Part shown: one piece after another, positions 20,232 through 33,120 of the stretch
Layout: each line of letters opens with the position of its first letter
How positions within the stretch are numbered: the first letter of the stretch is position 1
Source: Squalus acanthias
Taxonomy: Eukaryota
Reading direction: 5' to 3'
Assembly (NCBI GenBank): GCA_030390025.1
Contig: CM059432.1
Coordinates: 125,676,001-125,740,000 of the forward strand
DNA: 64,000 bases
Position numbers and translations under genes: made by a program
The notes under the pieces: model-generated
The model's input: only the letters and a program-made list of their open reading frames with translations
What the model was told of the DNA's origin: nothing
The model's database searches: none

Positions 20232-22890
20232 CTAATCACCCTTGTACAATCCATTAGTGCCTATTTTTCGGGTGCCTTTTCCTGCTCTGGTGCACCTACG
20301 CAGTGCCCCCCCATGGCTGCAGCATGGCTGGTGGAAGGCTTGATCCAAACAGAGCTGAATTCCAGAGGTGAGGTGAGAGTGACTGCCCTTGACATCAAGG
20401 CAGCATTTGACCGAGTGTGGCATCAAGAATCCCTGGTAAAACTGAAGTCAATGGGAATCGGGGGGAAAACTCTCCATTGGCTGGACTCATACCTAGCACA
20501 AAGGAAGATGGTTGTGGTGGTTGAAGGTCAATCATCACAGCCCCAGGACATCGCTGCAGGAGTTCCTCAGGGCAGTGTCCTAGACCCAACCATCTTCAGC
20601 TGCTTCATCAATGACCTTCCCTCCAACATAAGGTCAGAAATGGGGATGTTCGCTGATGACTGCACAGTGTTCAGTACCATTCACAACTCCTCAGATAATG
20701 AAGCAGTCCATGCCCGCATGCAACAAGACCTGGACGACGTTCAGGCTTGGGTTGATAAGTGGCAGGTAACATTTGCGCCACAGAAGTGCCAGACAATGAC
20801 TATCTACAACAAGCGAGCGTCTAACCACCGCCCCTTGACATTCAACGGCATTACCATCGCTGAATCCCCCACCATCAACATCCTGTGGGTCACCATTGAC
20901 CAGAAACTTAACTGGACCAGCCACATAAATACTGTGGCAACAAGAGCAGGTCAGAGGCTAGGTATTCTGCGGCGAGTGTCTCACCTCCTGACTCCCCAAA
21001 GCCTTTCCACCATCTACAAGGCACGAGTAAGGAGTGTCATGGAATACTCTCCACTTGCCTGGATGAGTGCAGCTCCAACAACACTCAAGAAGCTCGACAC
21101 CATCCAGGACAAAGCAGCCCGCTTGATTGGCACCCCATCCACCACCTTAAACATTCACTCCCTCCACCACCGGCGTACCGTGGCTGCAGTGTGTACCATC
21201 TACAAGATGCACTGCGGCAACTCGCCAAGGCTTCTTTGGCAGCACCTCCCAAACCCGCGACCTCTTCCACCTAGAAGGACAAGGGCAGCAGGCGCATGGG
21301 AACGCCACCACCTCCAAGTTCCCCTCCAAGTCACACACCATCCGAACATGGAAGTATATCGTCGATCCTTCATCGTCGCTGGGTCAAAATCCTGGAACTC
21401 CCTACCTAACAGCACTGTGGGAGTACCTTCACCACACGGACTGCAGCGGTTCAAGAAGGCGGCTCACCAGCACCTTCTCAAGGGCAATTAGGGATGGGCA
21501 ATAAATGCTGACCTTGCCAGCGACACCCACATCCCATAAATGAATAATAAAAAAAAGGCTGCTGAGTTTCCATGGGGCAGATTCAGATGGCCTTGCAGGA
21601 CAACCTCGAGCAGCTCTGGACCGAGAAGGCCCAGCTGTATACTACACTACCTTGGCATGGGCGGCAGCAGTCTGGGCTGGCTGCCTGATAGGCAGTGGCA
21701 AGGGCAATGGCGGAGTGGTAGTGGTGGAAAAGGGCATGCTGTCAACCTGAGAGAGGACAGCAGGTTCCTGTTCTATTGACCCACTGCCACTGCCCCGGGG
21801 CGGCATGTCAGCATTCCCAGCAATCTGTTGGAGGACAGATTGTTGGCCTGCAGCGACACCCTGCAAGCCCCGTTCGACACCAGTAAACCCAACCACGATG
21901 GCAGCAGTCTGAGCTTGGGTGGCAGTAAACTGAGACTGTATGAGAACAGTCTGATCTTGCGTGGCAGCAAGCTGAGGCTGCAGGACAGAGGTCTGTGCTT
22001 GCACTGCAGCACAAAGACGTTGGGTTGCTTCCGTCTGTGCTGCAATGGCAGCCGCGACATTGCCCATCACACGCAACATCATGTCTTGGTCCACAAGATC
22101 TCTCCTGGAGTATTCCATAATTTCCAGCCTGGAAATCATGGGCTCCAAGCTCTGTGCAAAGCCCCGGCCAATGTTGGAGCCGGACTCCTCCATGTTCCTT
22201 GACGTTGCCAAGAGGCTCTCTGGCAGGCTTGCGATTGCATCTAGCATTTCGGTGCCCATCACTCTTCTTCTGAAGGTCGCCCCATCGAGGTCCTCATCTG
22301 AGTCATGTACAGCAGAACTCGCACACGAACTCGCCCTCCGGGGAGCTGGCCTCTGAGCTACCCTTTCCCGCTGGCCTTGCTGCAGCCCACTCGTGCCCGG
22401 TGCCTCACTATGTGCAGATCTCGCATCTATACTACCCGCTAAATTCTGCGCAGTGCCTATTTCTGAGCTGGTGTCTGCGAGTATCAGATGCAATGACGGT
22501 GTGCCTTCTACTTCTCCTTCACTCTCCTCTATGGCTTCAGGGCAGGCTCTGTGGCTGGCAGTTCTTGGTCATCTGAAAGCAAAAAGGCACAAGAGTCAGG
22601 TTCTGGTGAGGGGAGGGAGGGAAACAAGATAACCATGCATACCCCATCAGCAGCTTGAAAGTGAGAAGAGATTGTGGGATGAAGGGGAAGTGGTATGTGA
22701 GAAGTAGGATTAGGAATGAGCATACTGTTATTGTCCCCAAAGGCTTTAACTTCGCCCGTCGCCACGGCCTCCGTGACTTCCCCTCCAATGATGTTGAGCA
22801 CTGCTCTCCTCCAGTTGGCGCAAGGCCTGTATGGCAGCTTGCCCCCCACCTGTCTGCCGCTGCTCCCGGCGATTGTGAACAACCTTAGCC
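20232..22890 (-). pseudogene. Harbinger Myb/SANT-like gene, exons 2-3 (exon 1 lost), split by the LINE
   Basis: ORF 21642-22493 aligns with ORF 12238-13071. The C-terminus continues past the LINE to the TAG at 20232. Confidence 0.75.
20341..21554 (+). mobile_element. Zenon-like CR1-group LINE, 5'-truncated, with an uninterrupted RT-to-C-terminus ORF
   Basis: LDIKAAFDRVWH, GVPQGSVL, FADDCT; ORF open to 21491. TSD aaggct at 20335-20340 and 21555-21560; short A tail. Confidence 0.9.
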
Positions 22891-23260
22891 TGTGAGCGAA
22901 AGGGAAGTGTGTCAGTGAGTGTGGTGCAATGGGTCGTGTTTATTTGCAACACCAGATTTCTGATTGGCCCCCTTGGAGGACAAGACATACCCAACAGCTT
23001 GTCTGGAATGTGTAATTAGATCGTGCCTGCTGGAAAGTAATCAAGGTCTTAGCAATGTGTAATTTGATCCATTCATTGTGACAGCCAGGCTCCAGAGCTC
23101 ACAGTGCTAACACTACTGCTTTCAGAGAACAGACAGGACTCACCCTCTTGGGTTAGGAGCACTCACAGAGCTCACACTGCCGAGTTCAGATAGGAAAGGG
23201 TGAGGCCCTGGAGGGATTTTAACATGAGGATGAAACTTTTAAAATCAAGGTGTTGGTGGA

Positions 23261-23415
23261 CAATGTTCCCCCTAATGTTTTTTTGTTGCGTGGTCCCTTT
23301 ACCGTGGCCCATTCAAAATTTCGCGCTTGCGCAAAATCTCCAATTCAAAAGCCGGTAAGCAGCTGCGTGGAACCTCCAGACAGCTGCGCGGCCATGCAGC
23401 TTAGCGGGAACGTTG
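23261..23415. mobile_element. hAT-type MITE (155 bp)
   Basis: TIRs caatgttccccctaa / ttagcgggaacgttg. Perfect 8-bp TSD ttggtgga at 23253-23260 and 23416-23423. Confidence 0.85.
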
Positions 23416-23444
23416 TTGGTGGACTATTTATTTTTAGGGATTTT

Positions 23445-23652
23445 TGGGGGAATTCTCTACCCCAAAGGGCTGTGGATGCTGAGTTGTTGAGTATATTCAA
23501 AGCTGAGATAGATTTTTGGACTTAAGGGGAATCAAGGGATATGGGGATCAGGCGGGAAAGTGGAGTTGAGGTCAAAGATCAGCCATGATCTTACTGAATG
23601 GTGGAGCAGGCTCGAAGGGCCGTATGGCCTACTCCTGCTCCTAATTCTTATT
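23445..23652 (+). mobile_element. CR1 3' tail fragment within an older minus-strand L2 fragment (~23190-23800)
   Basis: ggaattctctacccc...gatcagccatgatc...ctactcctgctcct. Flanking sequence is the reverse complement of L2 motifs. Confidence 0.7.
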
Positions 23653-24129
23653 ATGAGCCAATGTAGGCCAACAAGCATAGGGGTGATGGGTGACTGGGAC
23701 TTGCTGCGTGTTAGGATACGTGCAGCAGAGTTTTGGATGAGCTCAAGTTCATTGAGGGTGGAAGATGGGAGGCTGGCCAGGAGAACATTGGATTAGTCGA
23801 GTCGAGCAAATAACACATAAATGTAATGTTATGCATGTTGTAGGACCAACACAGAATACACTCTCATTTAAAATTAATTAATTTATTGCCCATCCCTAGC
23901 TGCCCCTGAGAGGGTGGTAGTGAGCTGCCTTCTTGAACTGCTGCAGTCTGGGGGGTGGGGAGGAGAGGGAGAGCGTGGTGCAGGTGTAAAATGGGTGGAA
24001 GAACATGATCCAGGCCTAACAGAGGGGGGAGAACGTGATCTATCTTCCCATCTGGATCACGTTCTTGCTCTCATTCCCCCCTCTTTAGACCTGGATCACG
24101 TTCTTCCCCCCTCCCCACTGTTCTCAACA

Positions 24130-24410
24130 AGTTCCTGACCTTCCCACCCCGAGTTCCTGACTCTCCCACCCTAAGCTCCTGGCCTCCCCCCACCCCGAGT
24201 TCCTGACATTCTCCGCACCCCCTCTCCGAGCTCCTCTCTCCCCTCTCTGAGCTCCTCTCCCCCCTTCAATCCCCTCTCCTGTCTCTCCCCCCTTCGATCC
24301 CCTCTCCTCTCCACCTTCGATCCTCTCTTTCTCCCTTTGATCTTCTCCCCCCCCCCCTTCGATCCTCTCTCCCCCCCCTTTGATCTTCTCTTCCCAACTT
24401 TGATCCCATT
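24130..24410. repeat. Pyrimidine-rich low-complexity / degenerate tandem repeat (ccccttcgatcctctc-like)
   Basis: Recurrent cttcgatcc and gagttcctgac units in a C/T-rich tract. Confidence 0.65.
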
Positions 24411-25530
24411 CGGGGATTTCAACTACCCGAAATTAATTGGCCAGAAGAGGTAGGTAAAGGGGATAAGGGAATAGAGTTCCTACAATGTGTACAGGACTCC
24501 TTACTAACCCAATATGTAAGAAGCCCAACAAGGGAAGATTCACTACTGGATCTAGTAATGGGGAATGAACTAGAGCAGATAAGAGAAGAAAAAGTAGGGG
24601 ACCATCTAGGCAATACTGACCATAAGGTAACACGCTTTAAGATAATAATTGAGAAGGACATAAGTATGATGAAGACATGGGTAATAGATTAGAGAAAAGC
24701 CGAGTTTGAGTGGCTGAGAATAGAACTTGGGAAAATAAAATGGACATCAACATTGGCAAACAATGATGTAGAACAGCAATGGGAAACATTTAAAACGGTG
24801 TTCAACAGAGTCCAGGAAAAATATATTCTGCTAAAAAACAAGAACAAGCTAAACACTAATGAGACACCATGGATGAATAAAGACAATTAGGAAGGCAAAG
24901 AGGAACTATGAAATTAAATTATCAAGGAACATAAAACAAAGTTGTGAAATATTGTACAGGCACATAAATAAAAAAAGGAAAGTCAGGATGGGAATAGGGT
25001 CACTAAGGGATGGTCAGGAGTGGCTATCCAGAGTGGCAGAAGGTAGAAAGTGGGGTTCTACAAGGATCAGTGCTGGGACCAATGTTGTTCACAATTTATA
25101 ATAATGATTTAGACTTTGGAATCAAAACACAATTTCTAAATTTGCGGATGACACCAAATTGGGGGGTATAGTCAATACTGAGTAGGACTGCAACAAATTA
25201 CAAGAAGACATTAATAAACTTGCAGAATTGGCATATAATTGGCAAATGAATTTCAGCACAGATAAATGTGAGGTATTACATTTTGGTAGGAAGAATAGGG
25301 AGGTCACTTATCACTTGGAGGGTGCGAGTCTAGGTGGGGTAGAGGAACAAAGGGATCTCGGAGTCCAAATACTCAAATCACTAAAAGTAGTGGCATAGGT
25401 TAATAAGGCCATAAAAAAAGTAAACCAAGCACTAGGGCTTATTTCTAGAGGGATTGAATGGAAAAGTAGTGAAGTTATGCTAAACTTGTATCGAACCTTG
25501 GTTAGACCACACTTGGAGTACTGCGTGTCA
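24410..25530 (+). mobile_element. CR1 ORF2 internal fragments (APE to RT, with deletion)
   Basis: GDFNYPEINW, QGSVLGP, KFADDTKLGG, VRPHLEYCV. Confidence 0.85.
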
Positions 25531-25629
25531 TCAATTTTAAACTGTCCCCAGAGGACAGTGCAGAGACATCCAAATCATGTGGAGAGAACATGAGTTGTAC
25601 TAATAAGATAGCATCATAGATGTTTTAAA

Positions 25630-26020
25630 AATTCAATCTCGTGGTGTAGGCAAGGTCAGCACTTATTACCCATCCCTAGTTGCCCTGAGAAGATGCTGGT
25701 GAACCTTCATAACTGAATGGCTTGCTCAGCTACTTCGGAGGGCAGTTAATAGTCAACCACATTGGTGCGGGACTGGAATCACATATAGGGCAGATGGGGC
25801 AAGGACAGGTTTCCTTCCCACTAGGACATTAGTGAGCCAGTTGGGTTTTTATGACAACCCGACAGCTTCATGCTCATTTTTACTGGAACCAGCTATTTAT
25901 TTACAGCTTTTTAACTGATTTCAAATTCACAAACTGCCATGGTGGGATATGAACTCGAATGCTCTTGATCATTAGCCCAGACCTCTGGATTATTAGTGTA
26001 GTAACATATCCCCTACACTA
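25630..26020 (-). mobile_element. tRNA-derived SINE sharing its 3' tail with the Zenon-like LINE
   Basis: Similar to 46160-46610 and to the reverse complement of 42325-42730. Confidence 0.7.
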
Positions 26021-26044
26021 TTGTATCTTGCATCAAAGTAATAA

Positions 26045-26750
26045 AGGCCGGAAACTTTACCTTGGAGTCGGGTTGTGTGCGTGCGGGCTGTGTAGTGGGT
26101 GGGGAACGCGATGTTGTGAGCAGCGCGTTGTTCAGTGCGACTCTTACTTAATGGCCCCAATTAAACCAGTCATGCACGTTTCCCAGCCCAATTAAATGGA
26201 GCAGGTCTGATGACATCATCGATGACCCGTTTCCAGCATATTTAAAGCAGCCTGACACACATCTCATTTGAAGGTTGATGAAGGAGCGTGGAAGATCATT
26301 TGCAGAGCTCTGGCTATCAGTACCAAGGCGAAAAAAGGTGTCACTCACAGATACACAAAGGCAGAGGGCCGCACCAAGGTTTAGCGATGCATCCCTCCAT
26401 GTTCTGGTGCAGGCAGTGAGAGCACGCAGGGAGGTCCTCTTCTGTGCTGATAGGCGCAAAAGACCACAGTAAAATGGCCTAGCAAGCCACTCAGTTATAT
26501 TCAAGAAGGCAGCTCATCACCATCATCTCGAGGGCAATAAATGCTGGCCGTGCCGGCGATGTCCACATCCCGTGAATGAATAAAAAATCCTCAGCCTCCT
26601 CAAGGGTGTCATGAGCCACGTCTTCGGTGGGTGGCCCTTGCCTCCAAGCAGCCAGCCGGTAAGTCTGTTTGGAGGTGCGAAGAGCTGAGGGAGGGTGGAC
26701 TGGCGCAGCAAGAAAGAGTCATGACAGCTGCCAGAGCTGAAGACCAACCA
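26045..26750 (+). mobile_element. Older Harbinger relic: Myb/SANT start (+) and transposase fragment (-), separated by a SINE tail at ~26470-26590
   Basis: RAAPRFSDASLHVLVQAVRARREVLF on +; [38 protein letters not shown] on -. Confidence 0.75.
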
Positions 26751-27129
26751 GAGAACATTCATCCTTCCTGAGAAGTTACGAATCAAACTGTACAGGGTTT
26801 TGCAGAGCAAAGTCACCTGGTTAGCTAAAACCAATCTGGAGGGCATCCCAAATCTCTGCATAAAGAATCAGTAAAGAAGGCTGCATTCCGAATGTGTGTT
26901 AAACAAAGTCATATTATATTGTAGCCTCTGTCAGCAAAACTAAGTCACAATTCAGATTATATTAGAGCATTTAGGCCACATAAACCAACACTAAATAACA
27001 TACAGTTCAGCATACACAACATTTTTGCATGTAAATACAATAGCATCCTGTATGTGTGGTTTTCATTGTATGATAAAGGACACATCACACTTCTGATGTC
27101 TCAGCGAATAATGCACCTCTCGATGTGCT

Positions 27130-27690
27130 ACTGAGCTATACGTCAATATTCAATTCCCAGTTTGTGCTGTTAGCTGACCTGTCAGGGCCAGAGTTAGGGC
27201 GCAACAATTGGCCACAATGTTCCTTGGCAAGGAAAAGGAAGATCATCGTGCTCACTACCCAGTAATTTCAGTAAGGAAAGTGCATGTGAACAAGCTTAGA
27301 CTTATTTTCCTGCCTTCTGTGGTTGAATAACCTGTCAACAGTCCCTGTTGAGGCTCACACTGACAAATAGCCAATAAGGTAAGGCAGTGGAATGCTGACA
27401 ACACCTGTGACACTGTACCCTAATCTGAGTTAACATCAAGGAGCGGAGAGAAATCTGCCCGATTAGTATCCAGCGACCTCACCTAGAAAGTGCACTTGTG
27501 TGGGCATTGGCTAAGGATATGGTCAAGCTCAACTGTGATTTTCTTTGCCTCCCTCATCAATGGCCTGAGAATGCTCACTGTCTAGGTTTACACATGAAGA
27601 TGGGTAAAGTAATAGAGGACAGTGAAAAACCTGTGAAACTGTACCCCAGTACAAGTCAGGGCCTTCAGCAGAAGAGAGGAAAAAAATAAA
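27130..27690 (+). mobile_element. Two adjacent AmnSINE2-like SINE copies
   Basis: actgagctata...tgtgctgttagctgacct... and ...aggctcacac...actgtacccc... occur twice. Confidence 0.5.
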
Positions 27691-27714
27691 CTTCAAATAT
27701 TAGAATATCAGGTT

Positions 27715-28985
27715 CACTAGTAGTTGCAAATGTCACTCCATCATTTAAGAATGGGGGAAGAGAGAAACCAGGTAACTACAGACCTGTCAGTTTAACATCA
27801 ATTGTGGGGAAGTTACTGGCATCTATCATCAGAGACAGAAAGACTGAGCACTTAGACAAGTATGATGAAAGAGAGTCAGCATAGATTTGTAAAGGGCAGG
27901 TCATGTCTAGTTGAATTTTTTGAGGTGATCACTGGCATGGTGGCTAGGGGAGTGTCTATGGATGGATGTCTATGGATGTTGTCTATATGGACTTTCAGAA
28001 GGCATTTGATAAGGTTCCGCACAAGAGATTATCAGCAAAAATGAAAGCGCACAGAATTGGAGCTAACTGTGTGACTTGGGTTGGCAATTGGTTGGGAGGT
28101 AGGAGACAGAGAGTAAGGATAAAGGGAATATTCTCTGATTGGCGGGATGTGAGCAGTGGTGTTCCCCAGGAAACTACTGAGGCCTCAGTTTTTCACCAAT
28201 GTCTTGGATGAAGGAATAGAGAGTTGTATATCCAAGGTTGCAGGTGGCACTAAGTTAGGAGGCACAGCAAATTGTGTGTATGGAAGCAGGAAGTCACAAA
28301 AGGACAGACTGTGGCAGATGGAGTTCAATGTTGGTAAGTGTGAAGTCGTCCACTTGGATCTGAGAAGACAAACAAAACAAATCAGAATATTTTCTTAATG
28401 GTGAGAGACTAGGAGCTGTGGAGGTGCAAAGTGATTTAGGTGTTCATCTACACAAATCACTAGAGTTAGTGCACAAGTACAGAAAGTAATCACAAAGGCT
28501 AATGGAATGTTGACTGTTATCTCAAAGGAGTTGGAATACAAAGGGGAGGAAATAATGCTTCAGTTATACAAACCCAATCAGGAGTACTGCTTCAATTTTG
28601 GGCACTGAACCTCAGGAAAGATAAATTGGCCTTAGGTGAGGTACAGCGCAGATTCATCAGATTTAAAAGGTTAAATTACGAGGACTGGTTGCATAAACCT
28701 GTCTTTTATTCGCTAGAGTTTAGAAGGTTGAGGGATGATCTAATCGAGATGTTTAAAATGATAAAGGGATTCAATACAGAGAAACTCTGGTGGGGGAATC
28801 CAGAACAAGAGGACATAATCTAATTAGAGCAAGGCATTTAGGAGTGAAATCAGGGAGCATTTTTTCACAAAGGGTAGTGGGAATCTGGAACTCACTTCCC
28901 CAAAAGGCTGTGGAGGCTGGGTCAATTGAAATTTTCAAGACTGAGATTGAGAGATTTTTGTACTGCAAGGGTATCAAGAGATATT
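27715..28985 (+). mobile_element. CR1 ORF2 RT/C-terminal fragment, degenerate
   Basis: NYRPVSLTSIVGK, VYMDFQKAFDKVPHKRL, SLEFRRLRDDLIE. Confidence 0.88.
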
Positions 28986-29639
28986 GCCTTCTTTTTAAAA
29001 AGTACATTAAAAAATGGAGGGAACTTGAACAGAGGAATGCACGTTATGTTTTACTATGTTAAAGGTGCTATATAAATGCAAATTGTTGTTGTTGCTTGTG
29101 TTCTATGAAGGCACTCAAAATAAAGGACTGCAGTTTTTCCTGATGAACAGATTTAAAAACAATGTAGGCAAAGTTGTGAGTTTACATTTTTATCTTTAAA
29201 AAATGACAAGACGTGAAAGATATAGTTCCAACTAAAGCTCTAGTTACAGCGGGATAATTCCTTCCAAAGTGGAGAGCTTTTAAAGCTACAAAACTTGTTT
29301 TGATTTTAGACAACCCAACTCCTTTCTAATGGAATTCAGCAGTGCTCAGTTTTAATTAACAACTTATTGCAAGGCCAGTTACATCTAAAGGTTTTTACTA
29401 GTCTTATTTCTACTTTTAGCATTCTTTAGATTAAAATGTTACATTCAACATTTAAGTTGTTACCCTCTAGTTTCCAGAAACACAAAAGTCTAAACATTAT
29501 GGGGAAATATTTTCTCCCCTCCTGTACCTCACCTAAATAATCAATTGTCCTTGGAAAAAACCTGGGCAATTATTGGGAAGGGGATGTGGTGGTGGAAGTG
29601 ATAGGAGAGGCAGGGGTCACATCTGAGCATAATCTGGTT

Positions 29640-30490
29640 CCCCCTGCCCACTCAAGCTTCTCAGAGATATCCTCCTTCAGTCGCTGCACTGAACGCTCCC
29701 CTTGCCGTCTCTCCTCTGAATTGACCACTCTCCTGTTCTCCCTAAAACTCTCTCTCCATATAAATTATCCTACTCATATTCACGGACATCCTCTTGACCT
29801 CTACTCCCATGAGAAGGCCAACTCCGACCACTTCACTATATCCGTCACCACCCATGTACCCCATACCTTTTCCAAGCCCACATCCTTCTGTATCTACCCC
29901 TGGATAAAAACTCCCCCAGGGCACTTCCAATTACACTTTGAAACACCCAACTGTTTAGCCTTTGGCCTTCCATTCCTTAGGATACTTCCTTGGCCTTCGC
30001 TTGATCAATCACTCCCTCATCGCCACCTTTGAAGCTCCCATCACCAACAAAACCTTTACTTACTCCCATCCTGGTCATTCCCACACCGTCACCCCCTCGA
30101 GTCCAAGCAATGCAGACTTGAGCGTTATCTACTGCACAACTGGTTTAGCTATCCATCATCAAATCTGGCTGGCCTACTCTATTCTGCCAAAACCACTCGC
30201 ATATGCTTATGTTCAAAACCCTGCATGGCTTCACCCATCCTCAACTCCCCTTGCTGCCCGCCCTACCCCTCCCCCTGTCCTAACATTGGCAGCTGTGGCT
30301 GCAAATGCCTAGCCATGTTCTGAATTACCTCTGCCTTTACACCTCCGTCTCATTTAAACCCACCTCTCTGACCAAACTTTTGGTTACCTCTAGTATTTCC
30401 TTGTTTGGCACTGCCTCCTTTTTTTTTGATTATGTCTATGAATTATGAAGTGCCTTGGATGTTTGCCTATATAAATGCAAGTTGTTATAC
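29640..30490 (+). mobile_element. Old L2 LINE fragment(s)
   Basis: C-rich L2-like sequence (PTHIHGHPLDL, SDHF) and tatataaatgcaagttgtt tail. Confidence 0.6.
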
Positions 30491-32639
30491 GTGTAGTTTC
30501 CAGTGAAGTCACTGGCTAGGAAGGCAAGCAGGGGTGTCTGACTTTTACATTTGCAGGTTAGAGACACTGGCACCAATTGTACTGCATCACTGTTGAGAAC
30601 TAAATGCAGGACAGTTAAGTGATGATAGCTTGAACCTTTATTTGCATGGCTCAGTGCTACATTATGCAGTGCACTTAAGAGTCAAAAGAGTTTATGAAGT
30701 GAATCACAGAAATGATCTTTCCTGGGGTGGTGAAGTAGACACCTTTTATTACTTAATGCTAGGGACACTATTGGTGACAGAACAGCTATGGGGAGGTGGA
30801 TAGAGAGAGAAGAGAAACAAAACAGTTGTGGGAAGGGAGGGAGAAAAAGAAACAAAAAGGGGAATACAAGACTTTTTAGTCCTTTAATACTGTAAAACAA
30901 GCTTGCCAGGCAATGAGGTAAGTGGTCTTTGGGTTAAAAAGAGGTGGGTGGGGAAAGAATGGCTGCAGAAATTCCTGCAGCACTAAATTTGATATCAAGA
31001 TGGAAATTTAGCTGATTAAAGATATTAAAGGGATGGGCTACGGGCATTTTCCTCCAGGTAATACAAAGCTAATACAAAAACTACAAGTAATGAACAAGCA
31101 GAGCTTTAGTTCCCCATTGCAACTTTGTAGATTTTATTAAACCTAACATTCCAAGACCTAATTTATTTCTTCCACTTAACTTTTAACTTAACAGGCTTAC
31201 TGGTACAGAGAGATTCTTTTTCATTATATCAAGGTGAAAATGGCATTATCTATGCATTATTGAAATTTGCAACAACAGCACTCCATACTGCTTGGTCTTT
31301 GCATCAGGGCATTTTATCAGCCTCTAGTTTTATAGGTGTGCATTTTGTCACATCTAGTTTCGTTTCTTGCTTGCTTTCCAAAATGTTGGATTTTTTTTTA
31401 ATTTAGGATTACACTGACCAACATTCAACTTTGCCATTAAGTTTGGAAGGAGCGAGAAAGAGCAAAAGCAAACCTAATGTAGAAAGCACCGGAGATCTGC
31501 ATCCGTAACATCACTCAACCAGGGGAGCCATTTATACATCCCCCATTTCTAATACTGCCAGTCATCTTCAAATCCCTCCATGGCCTTGTAACCTCCTCCA
31601 GATTTCATTCCCCTCCCATCTCTGGCTTGCTGTGTTCTCCCTCCTGCCAGCAGCAGAGATTTCAATTACCTAGGCCCCACTCTCTCCCTCAAACTGCTTC
31701 ACGTCTTTCTTTTAAAAACCTGTATTTTCATCCAGGTCTTTGGCCAGTCCCCTCTAAACTCTCCTGTGGCTCCGCATTCTGTTCTTACTATTGCATTGTA
31801 AATGTTTGAGATATTTTGTACACTGAAGGTGGTATATAAATGCAAATTGCTGTACATCTCTAGATTGAACTGCATTTGCCACCTCTCTGCCCACTCCACT
31901 AAATCCTCAATTTGCTACATCGCTGTTTGGAGAATACCACCTTGTTTGATATCATTCAAGTTGTACCATACTCCGGAGACCAGCCACCTTGTTTCCATTT
32001 AGCAAGTGGTAGTGAGTAGCTCCCTGCAAGGACATCCAAGCACAATATAGACTTGGACTTTGTCCCACCCAACTATATGTCTCTGTTGGAGAAACTGGAA
32101 TATTAAACTAGATTAATGTCCGTGCATTGCATTGACAAGGTGGCTTGGGCCCTTCTAGATAGGACAGAAACATGGATGATGTTCCTATTCATAGAAACTA
32201 CATGGAACAGTGATTGGATACCATTGCAAAAGTTCCAACGGCAGGGAATTTTAAGTTGTCAAGATTCCATACTTCCTCTTGGAAGATGACAAAATAGCAG
32301 TTATGAAAGGCCAAGGCTTTAAAGGTAGCATTTGTAATTTACAGGGACAATATTATTACACTTGTTTCATACCCAGTCACATATGGCTCAATCTGCCAAA
32401 TATGCACAGGGAGCTCCCACCATGTACCAAGTCAGTTATTGAGATCCATTTAGGGTGGGGAGGGAAAATACATTACTACAGCAGGGATTTAATGCTTCGT
32501 CAGAACAGGCAACAATGGATCAGATGCATCAGTTGAGGATCTAAATGTGAAGGAGGTTGGCCCCGTCCCCACAGGAGCACTACTCAAGAGTGCCTAGGAC
32601 TTGGAAATTCCTATTGATTCTTTTTCAAACACACATCTT

Positions 32640-33120
32640 TGTCTAAATGGCAAGAAGCTAGGAACTGTGGATGAGCAGAGTTTAGGGGTCTTATTACAGA
32701 AATCACTAAAAACTAGTGGACAGGTACAAAAATAATTTAAAAAGCTAACAGAATGTGGAGAGCTGGAAGTTATGCTACAGCTGTAGAGAACCCTGGTTAG
32801 ACCCCAGCTGGAGTATTGCATTCAGTTCTGGACACTGCACCTTAGGAAGGATATATTGGCAGCACAGATTTACCAGAATGATACCGGGACTAAAAGGGTT
32901 TTATCAGAGGACAGGTTGCATAGACTAAGCTTGTATTCTCTAGAATAAAAATGACTAAGGGGTAATCTAATTAAGGTGTTTAAGACAATTAAAAGGATTT
33001 GATAAGGTAGATAGAGAGAAACTATTTCCTCTGGTGAGTGAGCCCAGAATAATGGGGCATAACCTTAACATTAAAGCTAGGCCGTTCAGGGATGATGTCA
33101 GAAAGCACTTCTTTGAACAC
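32640..33120 (+). mobile_element. CR1 fragment
   Basis: ctggttagaccccagctggagtattgc, aatggggcataacctt. Confidence 0.75.

Larger units (their letters stand above)
18472..22935 (+). mobile_element. PIF/Harbinger element with convergent transposase (+) and Myb/SANT-like (-) genes; right end missing; LINE inserted at 20341-21554
   Basis: Left TIR gggcctagaaatt, HARBI1-like transposase, and a minus-strand region homologous to 11730-13040. Confidence 0.88.

Noticed and set aside
22940..23130. TAAT/CATTGT-rich unique stretch resembling a conserved enhancer (also ~13640-13930)
   Set aside because: The motifs are too short to support without cross-species alignment.
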